From NCBI GenBank assembly GCA_963792585.1, contig CAWBWI010000003.1, positions 1,120,001 through 1,184,000 of the forward strand: DNA of 64,000 bases. Direction: 5' to 3'. The notes beneath the pieces are model-generated. The model was given only the letters and a program-made list of their open reading frames with translations, did not search any database and was not told the DNA's origin. Position 1 is the stretch's first letter; the number at the start of each line of letters is the position of its first letter. Made by a program: the position numbers and the translations under genes. Positions 10,552 through 22,669 of the stretch are shown one piece after another. This DNA is from Candidatus Eiseniibacteriota bacterium (GTDB lineage: Bacteria > Eisenbacteria > RBG-16-71-46 > CAIMUX01 > VGJL01).

Positions 10552-12510
10552 CTAGAGCAGGAAGACGCGGACGAGGACGTCCGTGATCCCGACGAGCGCC
10601 GCCCCCGCGATCATCCCCGCGCAGATCGGCTCCTGCGTCTCGACCCAGAGAAGATGTCCCCGAGTCGCAGTCCTCGGCTCGTAGCGGCGACGCATGAGCC
10701 AGAAGAAACCGGCCCCCGCGAACATCGCGATCGTCGAGTCGGGCGGGATCACGACTCCCAGACCGACGGCGAGCGGCGAAAGGGGGAATCCCTTGCGCCG
10801 GAGGATCCGCACCAGCTCGAGCCCGAGGCCCACCGCGGCCGCGATCGCCATCGCCACAACGGCCGACTGCGGGATGGGCGACTTCCCTTGGGAGAAGACG
10901 GCCGCAACCAGATCGGAAACCCCTTTCCACTGGAGTGCGGATGGAAAGCCGAACTGGCCGGTGATCATCACCTCCTGGAGGTTCATCCCGGGGCGGTAAT
11001 CCGACAGGAAGAGGACGTAGAAGAGCGGGGTGCTGGCGATCGCTCCCGCGACGATCCCGATGCAGTGGCCGATCGCCTGCTGGCGCGGTTTCGCGCCCAG
11101 CATGTATCCGGGTTTGATGTCCATCAGCAGGTTCGATGCGTTCGAGGCGACCTCGGTGCACATCGTCGCGGTCATCAGGTTGGTCGGCGGGTGGCGCGGG
11201 TGCAGCGTGCCGAAGAGAAACTGCGGAATCTTCGACAACGAGCCTGTGGGTGTGATTCCCGTGAGGGCCGTCGAATTGGCGGCGATCAGGGTCAGTAAGA
11301 TGATCAGCGGAATGGCGAGCGCGCCGAGATCGATCCGCACACCGAACCACACGTGGGCCATCCACACGCCCGCCGCGCCGATGACCGGAACGCCGACGAA
11401 CGAGATCCATACGGGGAACTCGATGTGCGCGACGACGTCCTGCCCGCTCTCCTTCTTCTTGAAGAAACCGGTGAACGCGCTGGCGATCATCTTCGGCTTG
11501 GCGAAGAGCGATGCGAGCGCGGCGGTGACCATGATCGCAATGCCCCACCAGAGGGCCCAGGTGTTCAGGACGTGGATCCGACTGAACGTTCCGTCGGGGC
11601 GCGCGTGGATCTCGCCTACCGAGATCATCCATGGCACGATCACGCAGAAGTTGAGGACCATGCCGACCAGCATGCTGACCGCCGCCCGGATCCCCATGAG
11701 ACCCCCCGCGCCGAACATCGCGAGGTCCATGGTCGCGGTCAGCCCGAGTTCGCGGATGTCCACGTTCGCGAGCTTGGGAATCGGCAGGCGGCCCTTGTCT
11801 GCGAGACCGTAGTACCAGGCGAAGAGGTTCTCGGGGAGGTGCCAGGCGTTCTTGAGGCCCATCACCCGCGTCTGGAGGAACCTCATGATGTTCTCGCCCG
11901 AGATGAACTTCAGTCCTCCGGCGATCAACGCCGCGTAAGCGAGCGCCTTGGCCTTGAAGAGCCCGACGGAAGCGTGGGAGGTGTAGAGCGTGTCGAGCAC
12001 GACGCCGCAGGCGCGGCCTTCGGGGAAGGGCTGCTGCTCGTCGTTGATGAAACGGCGTTTCATCGGAAAGGCGACGAGGACCCCGAGGAGGGAGAGGACG
12101 ACATTGAACCAGAGCATCTGCCACCACGGCATCAACCGATTCTGGACCATCATGTAGGCGGCCATTCCGGAGATCAAGGGGCCGGTCATGTAGCCGGCCG
12201 AAGTGGCAATCGACTGCATGCAGTTGTTCTCGAGAATCGTCATGTCCTTCGCGCCGAGGCGCGAGAGGACCTTGAACATCGCGAAGGCCAGGATGACGGA
12301 CGTGATGCCGACTCCCAAGGTCCAACCGGTCTTGGCACCGACGTACAGGTTCGTCGCCGACAGGATTCCGCCCAGCATGAAGCCGGTCAGCGCCGCCCGC
12401 AGGGTGAGTTGCGGCATGTCGCCCCGGAAGACGTTGGTGAGCCACCAGCGGTCCTTTTGCTCGCGGGACCAGGTACGGACCTGTTCTTCGGTCAGGTGCT
12501 GCAGGGCCAT
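10552..12510 (-). CDS. OPT-family oligopeptide transporter
   Basis: QLTLRA, NLYVGAKTG, LENNCMQSIATSAG, FPEG, DIKPGYMLGA; polytopic membrane protein. Confidence 0.92.
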   Translation of the reverse strand: MALQHLTEEQVRTWSREQKDRWWLTNVFRGDMPQLTLRAALTGFMLGGILSATNLYVGAKTGWTLGVGITSVILAFAMFKVLSRLGAKDMTILENNCMQSIATSAGYMTGPLISGMAAYMMVQNRLMPWWQMLWFNVVLSLLGVLVAFPMKRRFINDEQQPFPEGRACGVVLDTLYTSHASVGLFKAKALAYAALIAGGLKFISGENIMRFLQTRVMGLKNAWHLPENLFAWYYGLADKGRLPIPKLANVDIRELGLTATMDLAMFGAGGLMGIRAAVSMLVGMVLNFCVIVPWMISVGEIHARPDGTFSRIHVLNTWALWWGIAIMVTAALASLFAKPKMIASAFTGFFKKKESGQDVVAHIEFPVWISFVGVPVIGAAGVWMAHVWFGVRIDLGALAIPLIILLTLIAANSTALTGITPTGSLSKIPQFLFGTLHPRHPPTNLMTATMCTEVASNASNLLMDIKPGYMLGAKPRQQAIGHCIGIVAGAIASTPLFYVLFLSDYRPGMNLQEVMITGQFGFPSALQWKGVSDLVAAVFSQGKSPIPQSAVVAMAIAAAVGLGLELVRILRRKGFPLSPLAVGLGVVIPPDSTIAMFAGAGFFWLMRRRYEPRTATRGHLLWVETQEPICAGMIAGAALVGITDVLVRVFLL

Positions 12511-12615
12511 CGTCCGGATCCTCCCCTCCTCGCATCCCGGTGCGCGTCGCGCGAAGGTTAGTGTGTCGAATCGTAGACTGCAACTCCACGGAGGTCGCGT
12601 CTGCCGATTGAAACG

Positions 12616-12648
12616 AATCGGGGCGGCCCTGCCGGGACCGCCCCGATT
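12616..12648 (-). terminator. Putative intrinsic terminator hairpin after the CoA-transferase gene
   Basis: Near-perfect inverted repeat AATCGGGGCGG(T/C)CC-loop-GG(G/A)CCGCCCCGATT about 20 nt past the stop; short T tail. Confidence 0.5.
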
Positions 12649-12670
12649 GATCTGCTCCGGAAACGTCCGC

Positions 12671-13969
12671 CTATGCGATCAGTTTCCGTTCCTTCGCCTG
12701 TGCCGTCAGCTCATCCTTGAACTTCGGATGCGCGATATTGATCAATGCCTCGCAGCGTTCGCGAAGGTTGCGCCCGAAGATGTGCGCCGCGCCGAACTCG
12801 GTCACGACGTAGTGGACGTCCGCACGCGTCGTCACGACCCCCGCACCCAGCTTCAGGAACGGTACGATTCTCGAGGTCGCTCCACCCTGCGCGCAAGCGG
12901 AGAGTGCGATGATCGGCTTGCCGCCCTTCGATTGAGCCGCGCCCCGGATGAAGTCGACCTGGCCCCCGAAGCCCGAGTAGATCCGCGGTCCGATCGAGTC
13001 GGAGCAGACCTGCCCGGTGAGGTCCACCTCGATCGCCGAGTTGATCGCGACCATGTTGTCGTTCTGACACACAACTGCGGGGTCGTTCACGTAGTCGGAC
13101 GGGTGCGACTCGAAGAGCGGGTTGTTGTCGAGGTACTTGTACAATCGTTCACTTCCCAGGGCGAAGGTCAAGATCGCCTTGCCCCGATGGAGCGACTTGC
13201 GGCGGCCCGTGATGATCCCCTTCTCGATCGCCTCCATCACGCCGTCGGAGACCATCTCGGTGTGGAGTCCGAGATCCTTCTTCCCCGCGATTTCCTTCAA
13301 GACCGCGTCCGGAACGCCGCCGATCCCGAGCTGCAGGGTCGCGCCGTCCTGGATCAATGGTCCGATGTGATGGGCGATCTGCTTCTCGACCTCGGTGATC
13401 TCGCGCCGTGGGAGCTCCGGGAGGGGGCGCGTGTTCTCCACGAAGCGACTCACTTGCGACACATGAATGAAAGCGTCGCCGAGAATCCTCGGCATGTTCT
13501 CGTTCACCTGCGCGATGATGATCTTCGCACAGTCGCATGCGCCCTTGGTCGCGAGGGTCTCGACGCCGAAGCTGCAGAAGCCGTGCTCGTCCGGAGGGGA
13601 AACCTGGATGATCGACACGTCCAGGGGGATGATCCCATCGCGGAAGAGGCGGGGGATCTGGTAGAGGAAGACGGGAACGTAGTCGGCCCGCCCCTCGTTG
13701 ATCGCCGGACGATCCGCGGGGCCGACGAACAGGCTGTTGTGGCGGAAGTGCCCACGGAACTCCGGGCCGCCTATAGGGTCTTCCCCGAGCAGGAGGACGT
13801 GGTTCAGCTGGACGTTTTCGAGTTCGTCGCGGCGATTGATCAGAGCTTCGATCAAAGGAAACGGGGTCGCCGCGTTTCCGCTGTAGTAGACGCGGTGGCC
13901 GCTCTGGATGAGCTTGACGGCCTTCTCTGCTGTCGTGAGCTTGGCCTTGTAGTCCTCGAACCAGGACAT
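12671..13969 (-). CDS. Acetyl-CoA hydrolase / 4-hydroxybutyrate CoA-transferase family
   Basis: GATLQLGIGGVPDAV, HTEMVSDG, GFGGQVDFIRGA, VVTEFG. GGAGG RBS before ATG 13969. Confidence 0.93.
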   Translation of the reverse strand: MSWFEDYKAKLTTAEKAVKLIQSGHRVYYSGNAATPFPLIEALINRRDELENVQLNHVLLLGEDPIGGPEFRGHFRHNSLFVGPADRPAINEGRADYVPVFLYQIPRLFRDGIIPLDVSIIQVSPPDEHGFCSFGVETLATKGACDCAKIIIAQVNENMPRILGDAFIHVSQVSRFVENTRPLPELPRREITEVEKQIAHHIGPLIQDGATLQLGIGGVPDAVLKEIAGKKDLGLHTEMVSDGVMEAIEKGIITGRRKSLHRGKAILTFALGSERLYKYLDNNPLFESHPSDYVNDPAVVCQNDNMVAINSAIEVDLTGQVCSDSIGPRIYSGFGGQVDFIRGAAQSKGGKPIIALSACAQGGATSRIVPFLKLGAGVVTTRADVHYVVTEFGAAHIFGRNLRERCEALINIAHPKFKDELTAQAKERKLIA

Positions 13970-13970
13970 C

Positions 13971-15104
13971 TCAGAACCTCCCCTCCCCACCCAAGAGCGA
14001 AGCGATCGGCCGGTACTCCAGGCCGAAAAGCGATGCGATCGTCTCCTGCGTGACGGTGCCGCGGTACATGCAGCATCCGCGCGCAAGCGCCGGGCTCTGC
14101 GCGAGAGCCCCTTCCATGCCGTGCCGCGCGATCCTCTCGAGGAAGCCGATGTGCGCATGGGTGAGGGCCTTGCTCGCGGTACGGGGAATGTTCGCGGTCA
14201 TGTTGCCGACGCAGTAGTGAACGACGTCCGCGAAGACGAACGTCGGATCGTCGATCGTTGTCGGCCGGCTGGTCTCGACGCAGCCTCCTTGGTCGATCGA
14301 TATGTCGAGAATGACCGACCCTGGGCGCATCGTGGCGACCATTTCCTTCGTGACGATGTAGGGGGCCTGCCCTCCCGGCACCAGGACCGCGCCGATGACG
14401 ACATCCGCGAACTGGACGTACCTCGCGATGTTCTCGCGGTCGGCCGTGCTCGTGACGACCCTGCCGCCGTAGGCGTCCACCACCTTGCTGAGCTTCTCGA
14501 TGTCCTTGTCCATGACGATCACGTGGGCGCCGCTGCCGACCGCCGCCTCCGCCGCAGCGAGGCCGGCGGTGCCGGCGCCGAGGATCAGCACGGTCGCTGG
14601 CGGGATCCCCGCGCTCGATCCGAGGAGGATTCCGCGGCCACCGCTCTCCCGCTGGAGGAGGTGGGCGGCGGTCTGGACCGTCATCTGTCCCGCCAACTGG
14701 CTCATGGCGTGGAGAACCGGCCGGTGCTCGATATCATCGGCGATCATCTCGTAGCCGATCGCCGTCAGACGCCGGTTGTTCATCTCCGAGACGAGGCTCT
14801 TCGGCGCCACGGCGAGATGCCAGAACGCCAGCAAGACCTGTCCTTCGCTCGTGAGCGCGACTTCTTCCATCGTCGGGGCGTTGACCCCGGCGACGACCTG
14901 GCAGCGGCGGTAGACCTCTTCTCGACGGAAGACGACCTCAGCGCCCGCCTCACGGTAAGCCGCGTCCGGGAATCGGGACGATTCACCCGCCCCCGTCTCC
15001 ACGAACACTCGATGCCCAAGGTCGACCAGAATATGAACGCCGCGCGGCGTCATGCCGACGCGGTGTTCCGTGCGGTGTCGCTCCAGCGGGACCCCGAAGT
15101 CCAT
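13971..15104 (-). CDS. ald: Alanine dehydrogenase-like protein (divergent active site)
   Basis: EHRVGMTP, VETGAG, GGRGILLG, GAGTAG Rossmann motif, DISIDQGGCVETSRPTT, HYCVGNM. GGAGG RBS. Confidence 0.85.
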   Translation of the reverse strand: MDFGVPLERHRTEHRVGMTPRGVHILVDLGHRVFVETGAGESSRFPDAAYREAGAEVVFRREEVYRRCQVVAGVNAPTMEEVALTSEGQVLLAFWHLAVAPKSLVSEMNNRRLTAIGYEMIADDIEHRPVLHAMSQLAGQMTVQTAAHLLQRESGGRGILLGSSAGIPPATVLILGAGTAGLAAAEAAVGSGAHVIVMDKDIEKLSKVVDAYGGRVVTSTADRENIARYVQFADVVIGAVLVPGGQAPYIVTKEMVATMRPGSVILDISIDQGGCVETSRPTTIDDPTFVFADVVHYCVGNMTANIPRTASKALTHAHIGFLERIARHGMEGALAQSPALARGCCMYRGTVTQETIASLFGLEYRPIASLLGGEGRF

Positions 15105-15311
15105 CGCACTTTCCTCCTTCCCATCACAAACCCCGTCCCAATGCCATGGACGGGCACAGTATAGAAGATCGGCGGATACCGAGCCAAGCTCCACGCAAGA
15201 AGATCTCATGATACACCGGATCAACCCGATGAAGAGTGCTATCTTGGAAGGTCCGTTGGGGGTGCCGGGTCGCCGTTGGGACGACCCGCGCGGATCCCCC
15301 GGGAGGGGCCC

Positions 15312-15716
15312 ATGATCCGGACCGGCAGCTACAACATCTCCATCGACGTGCCGTTTCCCTACGAGGTGGCGCGGGAGCGCACCGTCGGCGCCCTCAAGGA
15401 CCAGGGTTTCGGAGTTCTCACCGAGATCGACGTCAAGGCGACGATGAAGGCGAAGCTGGATGTCGAGTTCCGCAAGTACGCGATCCTCGGCGCCTGCAAT
15501 CCGCCGCTGGCGCACAAAGCCCTCACCGCCGAGATCGATCTGGGCGTCCTGCTTCCGTGCAACGTGGTCGTCTATGAGAAGGATCCCAACAGCTCGACCA
15601 TCGTCGCGATCGATCCGGTCGTCCAGCTCTCCAAGGTCGGCCGGCCGGACATGGCCGAATTCGCCACGGAAGTCCGCAACCGGATGATCAAGGTTCTCGA
15701 GGCGGTCGCCGGCTGA
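15312..15716 (+). CDS. DUF302 domain protein
   Basis: GFGVLTEIDVKAT, ILGACNPPLAHKAL, GVLLPCNVVV. Confidence 0.9.
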   Translation: MIRTGSYNISIDVPFPYEVARERTVGALKDQGFGVLTEIDVKATMKAKLDVEFRKYAILGACNPPLAHKALTAEIDLGVLLPCNVVVYEKDPNSSTIVAIDPVVQLSKVGRPDMAEFATEVRNRMIKVLEAVAG

Positions 15717-15721
15717 GCCCG

Positions 15722-16753
15722 ATGTATCTTGGAGTCGAGACCTCCTGCGACGATACGTGCGCGGCCGTCCTCACCACGGAAGGTCGTGCGCTCTCCTCGG
15801 TCGTTTCGAGCCAGCTCGTCCATGCCGAGTACATCGGCGTCGTGCCGGAGCTCGCTTCCCGCGAGCACCTGCGGCTCGGGCTCACGACGATTCGACTCGC
15901 GCTCGAGCAGGCCGGGATCCCGCTGGACGACCTGCGGGGAATCGCGGTCACGCAAGGCCCGGGCCTGGTCGGCTGTCTCCTCGTCGGGCTCGGTCTCGCC
16001 AAGGGGATCGCCCTCGCCAGGGGGATTCCCATCGTCGGAGTGAACCACATCGAGGGCCATCTCCACGCGATCCGGGCGGAGAGGGATTGGCGTCCGCCGT
16101 TCGTCGCCATGGCGGTCTCCGGAGGGCACACGGAATTGCTGCACGTCGAGGATTGGGGGCGCTATCTGCTCCTGGGGGCGACGCGGGACGATGCCGCGGG
16201 GGAGGCCTTCGACAAGGTCGCGAAGCTCCTGCATCTCGGCTATCCGGGCGGACCGGTCGTCGACCGTCTGGCCCGGGAGGGGCGCGGAGACGCGATCGCC
16301 TTTCCCCGGGCGTATCTGGACCTGGGTAAGGGAGACCTGGACGTCTCGTTCAGCGGCCTCAAGACCGCCGTTAAACTCTTCCTGGAACGGGACCCCGACT
16401 GGTCGGCCGGCAGCCCCCGCGACGGTTTCGTCGCGGACGTCTGCGCGAGCTTCCAGACGGCCCTGGTCGACGTCCTGATCGCGAAAATCGAGGCCGCCGT
16501 TGCGAGGACGAAGGCGCCGCGCGTACTTCTGAGCGGCGGGGTGGCCTGCAACACCTACCTGCGCCGCCGGGCGACGACGATGGGGGAGCGTTTGGGGGTC
16601 GAGGTCGCCTATCCGACGCCGAAGCTCTGCGCCGACAACGCCGTCATGATCGGCCTCGCCGGCCTGGATCGCCTGAATGCCGGGCAGGACGACGGGATGA
16701 CCCTATCCGCCCTGCCCAACCTCGACGACTTTCCCGCCTTCGCGGACCGCTAG
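15722..16753 (+). CDS. tsaD: tRNA N6-adenosine threonylcarbamoyltransferase
   Basis: LGVETSCDDT, VPELASREH, VNHIEGH, VSGGHT, DDAAGEAFDK, SFSGLKT, DNAVMIG. Confidence 0.97.
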   Translation: MYLGVETSCDDTCAAVLTTEGRALSSVVSSQLVHAEYIGVVPELASREHLRLGLTTIRLALEQAGIPLDDLRGIAVTQGPGLVGCLLVGLGLAKGIALARGIPIVGVNHIEGHLHAIRAERDWRPPFVAMAVSGGHTELLHVEDWGRYLLLGATRDDAAGEAFDKVAKLLHLGYPGGPVVDRLAREGRGDAIAFPRAYLDLGKGDLDVSFSGLKTAVKLFLERDPDWSAGSPRDGFVADVCASFQTALVDVLIAKIEAAVARTKAPRVLLSGGVACNTYLRRRATTMGERLGVEVAYPTPKLCADNAVMIGLAGLDRLNAGQDDGMTLSALPNLDDFPAFADR

Positions 16754-18957
16754 CCGCGTCCTCCCCGCGCCGTCTTCATCTTCCAGTAGGTCATCGTGAC
16801 CGCGATCAGGAGCGGGACGACGCCGAGCCAGATGAAGATCATGTCGCCGGGCAGGCGGGCCCACTCGAGCGTGTGCAGGATTCCGTGCTGAAGGAACTCG
16901 GGCTGCCGGGCATGCCAGTAACCGTTCTTCAGGACATCGGCGAGCTGGATGATCCCCCCGGGGATCAGGCTCGTGACCATCATCAGGACGAGGCCGATGT
17001 TGAGTCCCCAGAACGAGACCTTCACGAATCGCTCGGTCTTGACCCATTGCTCGGCGCTCGAGACCTGTCGGATCGCAAAGACCAGCAGGGCGACCGCGAG
17101 CATGCCGAAGACCCCCATCATGGCCGCGTGCCCGTGATTCGCCGTGAGAATCGTCCCGACCTCGTAGTAGCTGACGATCGGCATATTGATCAGGAATCCG
17201 AAGATGCCCGCGCCGACGAAGTTCCAGACGCCGACCGACATCAGGAAGTAGAAGGTCCACTTGTGAGGGACCGAGACCGGTTTGTGGCAGACATCGCAAA
17301 CGCCTCGAGTCAGTCTCACGAAGTCCCACGCATCCAGGGTCAGGAGTGTCAGGGGAACGACCTCCATCGCGGAGAAGACCGCCGCAAGGGCCATGGTGAC
17401 ATTCGACTGTCCCGTCCAGTACCAGTGATGACCCGTACCGATGATTCCGCTCCCCAGATAGAGCAGGGCATCCAGGTAGACCACCCGCGCCGCCGTCGTA
17501 TGCGAGACGATTCCCAGCTTGTAGAAGATGGCCGCGACCATGACCGTCACGAACAGTTCGAAGAATCCCTCGACCCAGAGGTGAATGATCCAGAACCGCC
17601 ACGTGTCGACCACGGTGAAGTTGCTCCGGCTCCCGAAGAAGAGGGCCGGCAGGTAGAAGAGCGGGATCGCGATCGCCGCGTAGAGGAAGAGAGAGGAGAC
17701 CTGGCCCTTCTCCGGATCGCGGCGCGACGGCGCTACCGCGCGGAAGAGCAGGACCAACCAGAGCACCAGGCCGGCCGCGAGGAGAAACTGCCAGATCCTG
17801 CCGAGGTCGAGGTACTCCCACCCCTGGTGACCAAGCCAGAACCAGAGCTTCGGCATCATCCCGCGGACCCCGAGGTACTCGCCGACCAAGCTACCGGCGA
17901 CCACGAGCACCAGGGCTCCGAAGAGCACGTGCGTCCACCGGGTCTGGCCCTTCGGGTCCCCGCCGCCCAGCACGGGCGCCAGAAAGAGCCCGCCGGCCAC
18001 GTAGGCGGTCGCGACCCAGAAGATCGCAAGCTGAAGGTGCCAGGTCCGCAGGATGGAACTCGGGAAGAGACGCGAAACGTCAAAGCCGTAGAAGCTGCCC
18101 GGATCGGCGCGGAAGTGCGCGACCCCGCCGCCCACGAGCGCCTGAACGAGGAAGAGGGCCGCGACCGCCACGAAGTACTTGATCGTTGCCCGCTGGCTCG
18201 CCGTTCCCTCGCCCGGGATCATCTGCGGGTGGATGTGGTCGCCTTTCCGCTTCCAGCCGAGGTAGTCGAACTTGCCGAAGACGAACAGGACCAAGGCGAT
18301 TCCACCCAGAAGGGTGATCAAACTCAGCGCGCTCCACAACAAGGCGGCGTCGGGCGGATGGTTCCCCGCCTGCGGGTCGTAGGGGAAGTTGTTCGTGTAG
18401 GAATAGGGCTTCCCCGGGCGCGGGGCGTAGGACGCCCATGCGGTCCATGCAAAGAACGCGGTGAGGTCTTCGATCTCCTTTGGATCCGAGATGTAGCTCG
18501 CGGGCAGCCCGGCGTTCCGCGTCGGCTCCGAGAAGTAATCCGCCCACTTGGCGATCTGTCCCCGGTACGAGGAAGCTTCGACTTCCGAAAACGACAAGAT
18601 CCCCGTTCGCGGGTCGTACCGGTTCTGCTTGAGGATGGCTGGGCCGGCGCCATCCAGGGTGAGCGTGTGGAGGTACTCGGCGGAGAAGTCGGGACCCAGA
18701 TAGGCGCCGTGGCCCCAGATCGTCCCGTTCTCCATGAGCCCGTATTTCAGGAACACCTGCTGGCCTGTCTTGATGTCGTTTCCCGTGAAGAGGACCTCGC
18801 CGGACGGACTCTGAACCGTCTCGGGGATCGGCGGGGCATCCTTGTAGGAACGTACGGCCAGGGTGATCAGAACGGTGAACCCGAAGATCAGAACGAGGAT
18901 GACCGAGTGCCTCCACCAGGGGGACAGGCGGTCCGTCGTAAGGCGCGGTGACTCCAT
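16750..18957 (-). CDS. norB: Quinol-dependent nitric oxide reductase (qNor)
   Basis: GTIWGHGAYLGPDFSA, YTNNFPYD, WIIHLWVEGFFE, GTGHHWYW, HGHAA; single-subunit length of 735 aa. Confidence 0.95.
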   Translation of the reverse strand: MESPRLTTDRLSPWWRHSVILVLIFGFTVLITLAVRSYKDAPPIPETVQSPSGEVLFTGNDIKTGQQVFLKYGLMENGTIWGHGAYLGPDFSAEYLHTLTLDGAGPAILKQNRYDPRTGILSFSEVEASSYRGQIAKWADYFSEPTRNAGLPASYISDPKEIEDLTAFFAWTAWASYAPRPGKPYSYTNNFPYDPQAGNHPPDAALLWSALSLITLLGGIALVLFVFGKFDYLGWKRKGDHIHPQMIPGEGTASQRATIKYFVAVAALFLVQALVGGGVAHFRADPGSFYGFDVSRLFPSSILRTWHLQLAIFWVATAYVAGGLFLAPVLGGGDPKGQTRWTHVLFGALVLVVAGSLVGEYLGVRGMMPKLWFWLGHQGWEYLDLGRIWQFLLAAGLVLWLVLLFRAVAPSRRDPEKGQVSSLFLYAAIAIPLFYLPALFFGSRSNFTVVDTWRFWIIHLWVEGFFELFVTVMVAAIFYKLGIVSHTTAARVVYLDALLYLGSGIIGTGHHWYWTGQSNVTMALAAVFSAMEVVPLTLLTLDAWDFVRLTRGVCDVCHKPVSVPHKWTFYFLMSVGVWNFVGAGIFGFLINMPIVSYYEVGTILTANHGHAAMMGVFGMLAVALLVFAIRQVSSAEQWVKTERFVKVSFWGLNIGLVLMMVTSLIPGGIIQLADVLKNGYWHARQPEFLQHGILHTLEWARLPGDMIFIWLGVVPLLIAVTMTYWKMKTARGGRG

Positions 18958-19055
18958 CTATTGGCCTCCCTCAGGGCGCGATTTCCGTTTGGGCCGGACG
19001 GGGATCATCCTCCCCGCCGGACCGTTCCAGATTGCACGGATGCGGCCTCTCAGGG

Positions 19056-19071
19056 GATGACCTAGATCACA
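19056..19071 (-). promoter_or_regulatory. Crp/Fnr-family binding box upstream of norB
   Basis: Minus strand TGTGATCTAGGTCATC matches the CRP-type consensus TGTGATCTAGATCACA at 13 of 16 positions. A possible -10 (CAATCT, 19034-19029) sits at class II spacing. Confidence 0.55.
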
Positions 19072-19081
19072 CCCCGGGGTG

Positions 19082-19110
19082 TCGACACAAGCTTTCCGAT
19101 CTGATATAAA
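19082..19110 (+). promoter_or_regulatory. sigma70-type promoter for hppA
   Basis: TCGACA-17 nt-TATAAA with an extended -10 TG. Confidence 0.6.
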
Positions 19111-19127
19111 CGGGCGGTTCCGGTCTG

Positions 19128-19180
19128 TTTCAGCCCGGTTCCTGGGTGCTGAAGCGTCTGCGGTTGCGCAGGCGGCCAAC
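19128..19180 (+). ncRNA. Candidate Na+-sensing (DUF1646-type) riboswitch in the hppA leader
   Basis: TTCAGC/GCTGAA stem enclosing GGTT..GGGTG, second hairpin CGTCTGCG/CGCAGGCG, then GGCC able to pair with GGTT. Lies between the promoter and the pyrophosphatase gene. The family match is from memory, not computed. Confidence 0.4.
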
Positions 19181-19245
19181 TCCCTCCCGGCGCGGGGATT
19201 CGTGGGGCCCGCGCTTCCATCCGATGGTCACCTGAGGGGGTCGAA

Positions 19246-21700
<2,455 letters not shown>

Positions 21701-21706
21701 CGTCGA

Positions 21707-22669
21707 TCAAGATCCCATTCCGCCCGGCGGGGAAGATGCTTCGGCGTCCTTTCCCGCCGGGCTCTTGACGACGATCGATGCGACGACGGATCCGCCGATC
21801 AGGAGCAGGATCACCGCCAGAGAGAGCAGGATCGGGATCTTGTAGACGTCGGCCAGGAGCATCTTCGCCCCCACGAAGCAGAGGGTCGTCGACAGCCCCA
21901 CCTTGAGAAAGCGGAAGAGCCCCATCATCCCGCCCAGCAGGAAATAGAGGGCTCTGAGCCCGAGGATCGCGAAGACGTTCGACGTGTAGACGATGAACGA
22001 GTCCTGGCTGACCGCGAGAATCGCCGGGATCGAGTCGACGGCGAAGATCACGTCGGTCGTCTCGATTGCCACCAGAACGATGAACAGCGGGGTGGCCCAG
22101 GTCCGTCCGTCCCGCCGGACGAAGAAACGCGATCCCACGAAGTCCGGGGTCACCGGGAAGAGCCGTCGAACGAGCCGCAGCACGGGGTTTCTTTCCGGAT
22201 GCGTCTCCTCCGCGCGAAGAAAGAGCATGCGAACCCCCGTGAACAGCAGGAAGAGACCGAAGACGTACATCGTCCAGTGAAATGCCGCGAGGAGCGCCGT
22301 TCCGACGAGTATGAAGATCGCCCGGAGGATGAGAGCCCCGAGGATTCCCCAGAAGAGGACCTTGTGCTGGAATGCGGGCGGTACCGCGAAGACGGTGAAG
22401 AGCATCAGGAAGACGAAGAGGTTGTCGACCGACAGGGACTTCTCGATGACGTATCCCGTCAGGTACTCGAGCGCCTTCTCCTTCCCCATGGCGTTCCAGA
22501 TGATCCCGGCGAATATCAACGCAAGCGTCACCCAGACAGCACTCCAGATCGCGGACTCGCGCATTCCCACGGCATGGCTCTTGCGGTGGAAGAGCCCCAG
22601 GTCGATTGCGAGCATCGCGACGACGAATGCGTTGAATGCGATCCACATCCAAACCGGCTGGTGCGTCAC
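21707..22669 (-). CDS. terC: TerC/Alx family membrane protein
   Basis: EYLTGYVIEKSLSVDNLFVF, ETTDVIFAVDSIPA, TSNVFAILGLRALYF. Confidence 0.93.
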   Translation of the reverse strand: MTHQPVWMWIAFNAFVVAMLAIDLGLFHRKSHAVGMRESAIWSAVWVTLALIFAGIIWNAMGKEKALEYLTGYVIEKSLSVDNLFVFLMLFTVFAVPPAFQHKVLFWGILGALILRAIFILVGTALLAAFHWTMYVFGLFLLFTGVRMLFLRAEETHPERNPVLRLVRRLFPVTPDFVGSRFFVRRDGRTWATPLFIVLVAIETTDVIFAVDSIPAILAVSQDSFIVYTSNVFAILGLRALYFLLGGMMGLFRFLKVGLSTTLCFVGAKMLLADVYKIPILLSLAVILLLIGGSVVASIVVKSPAGKDAEASSPPGGMGS

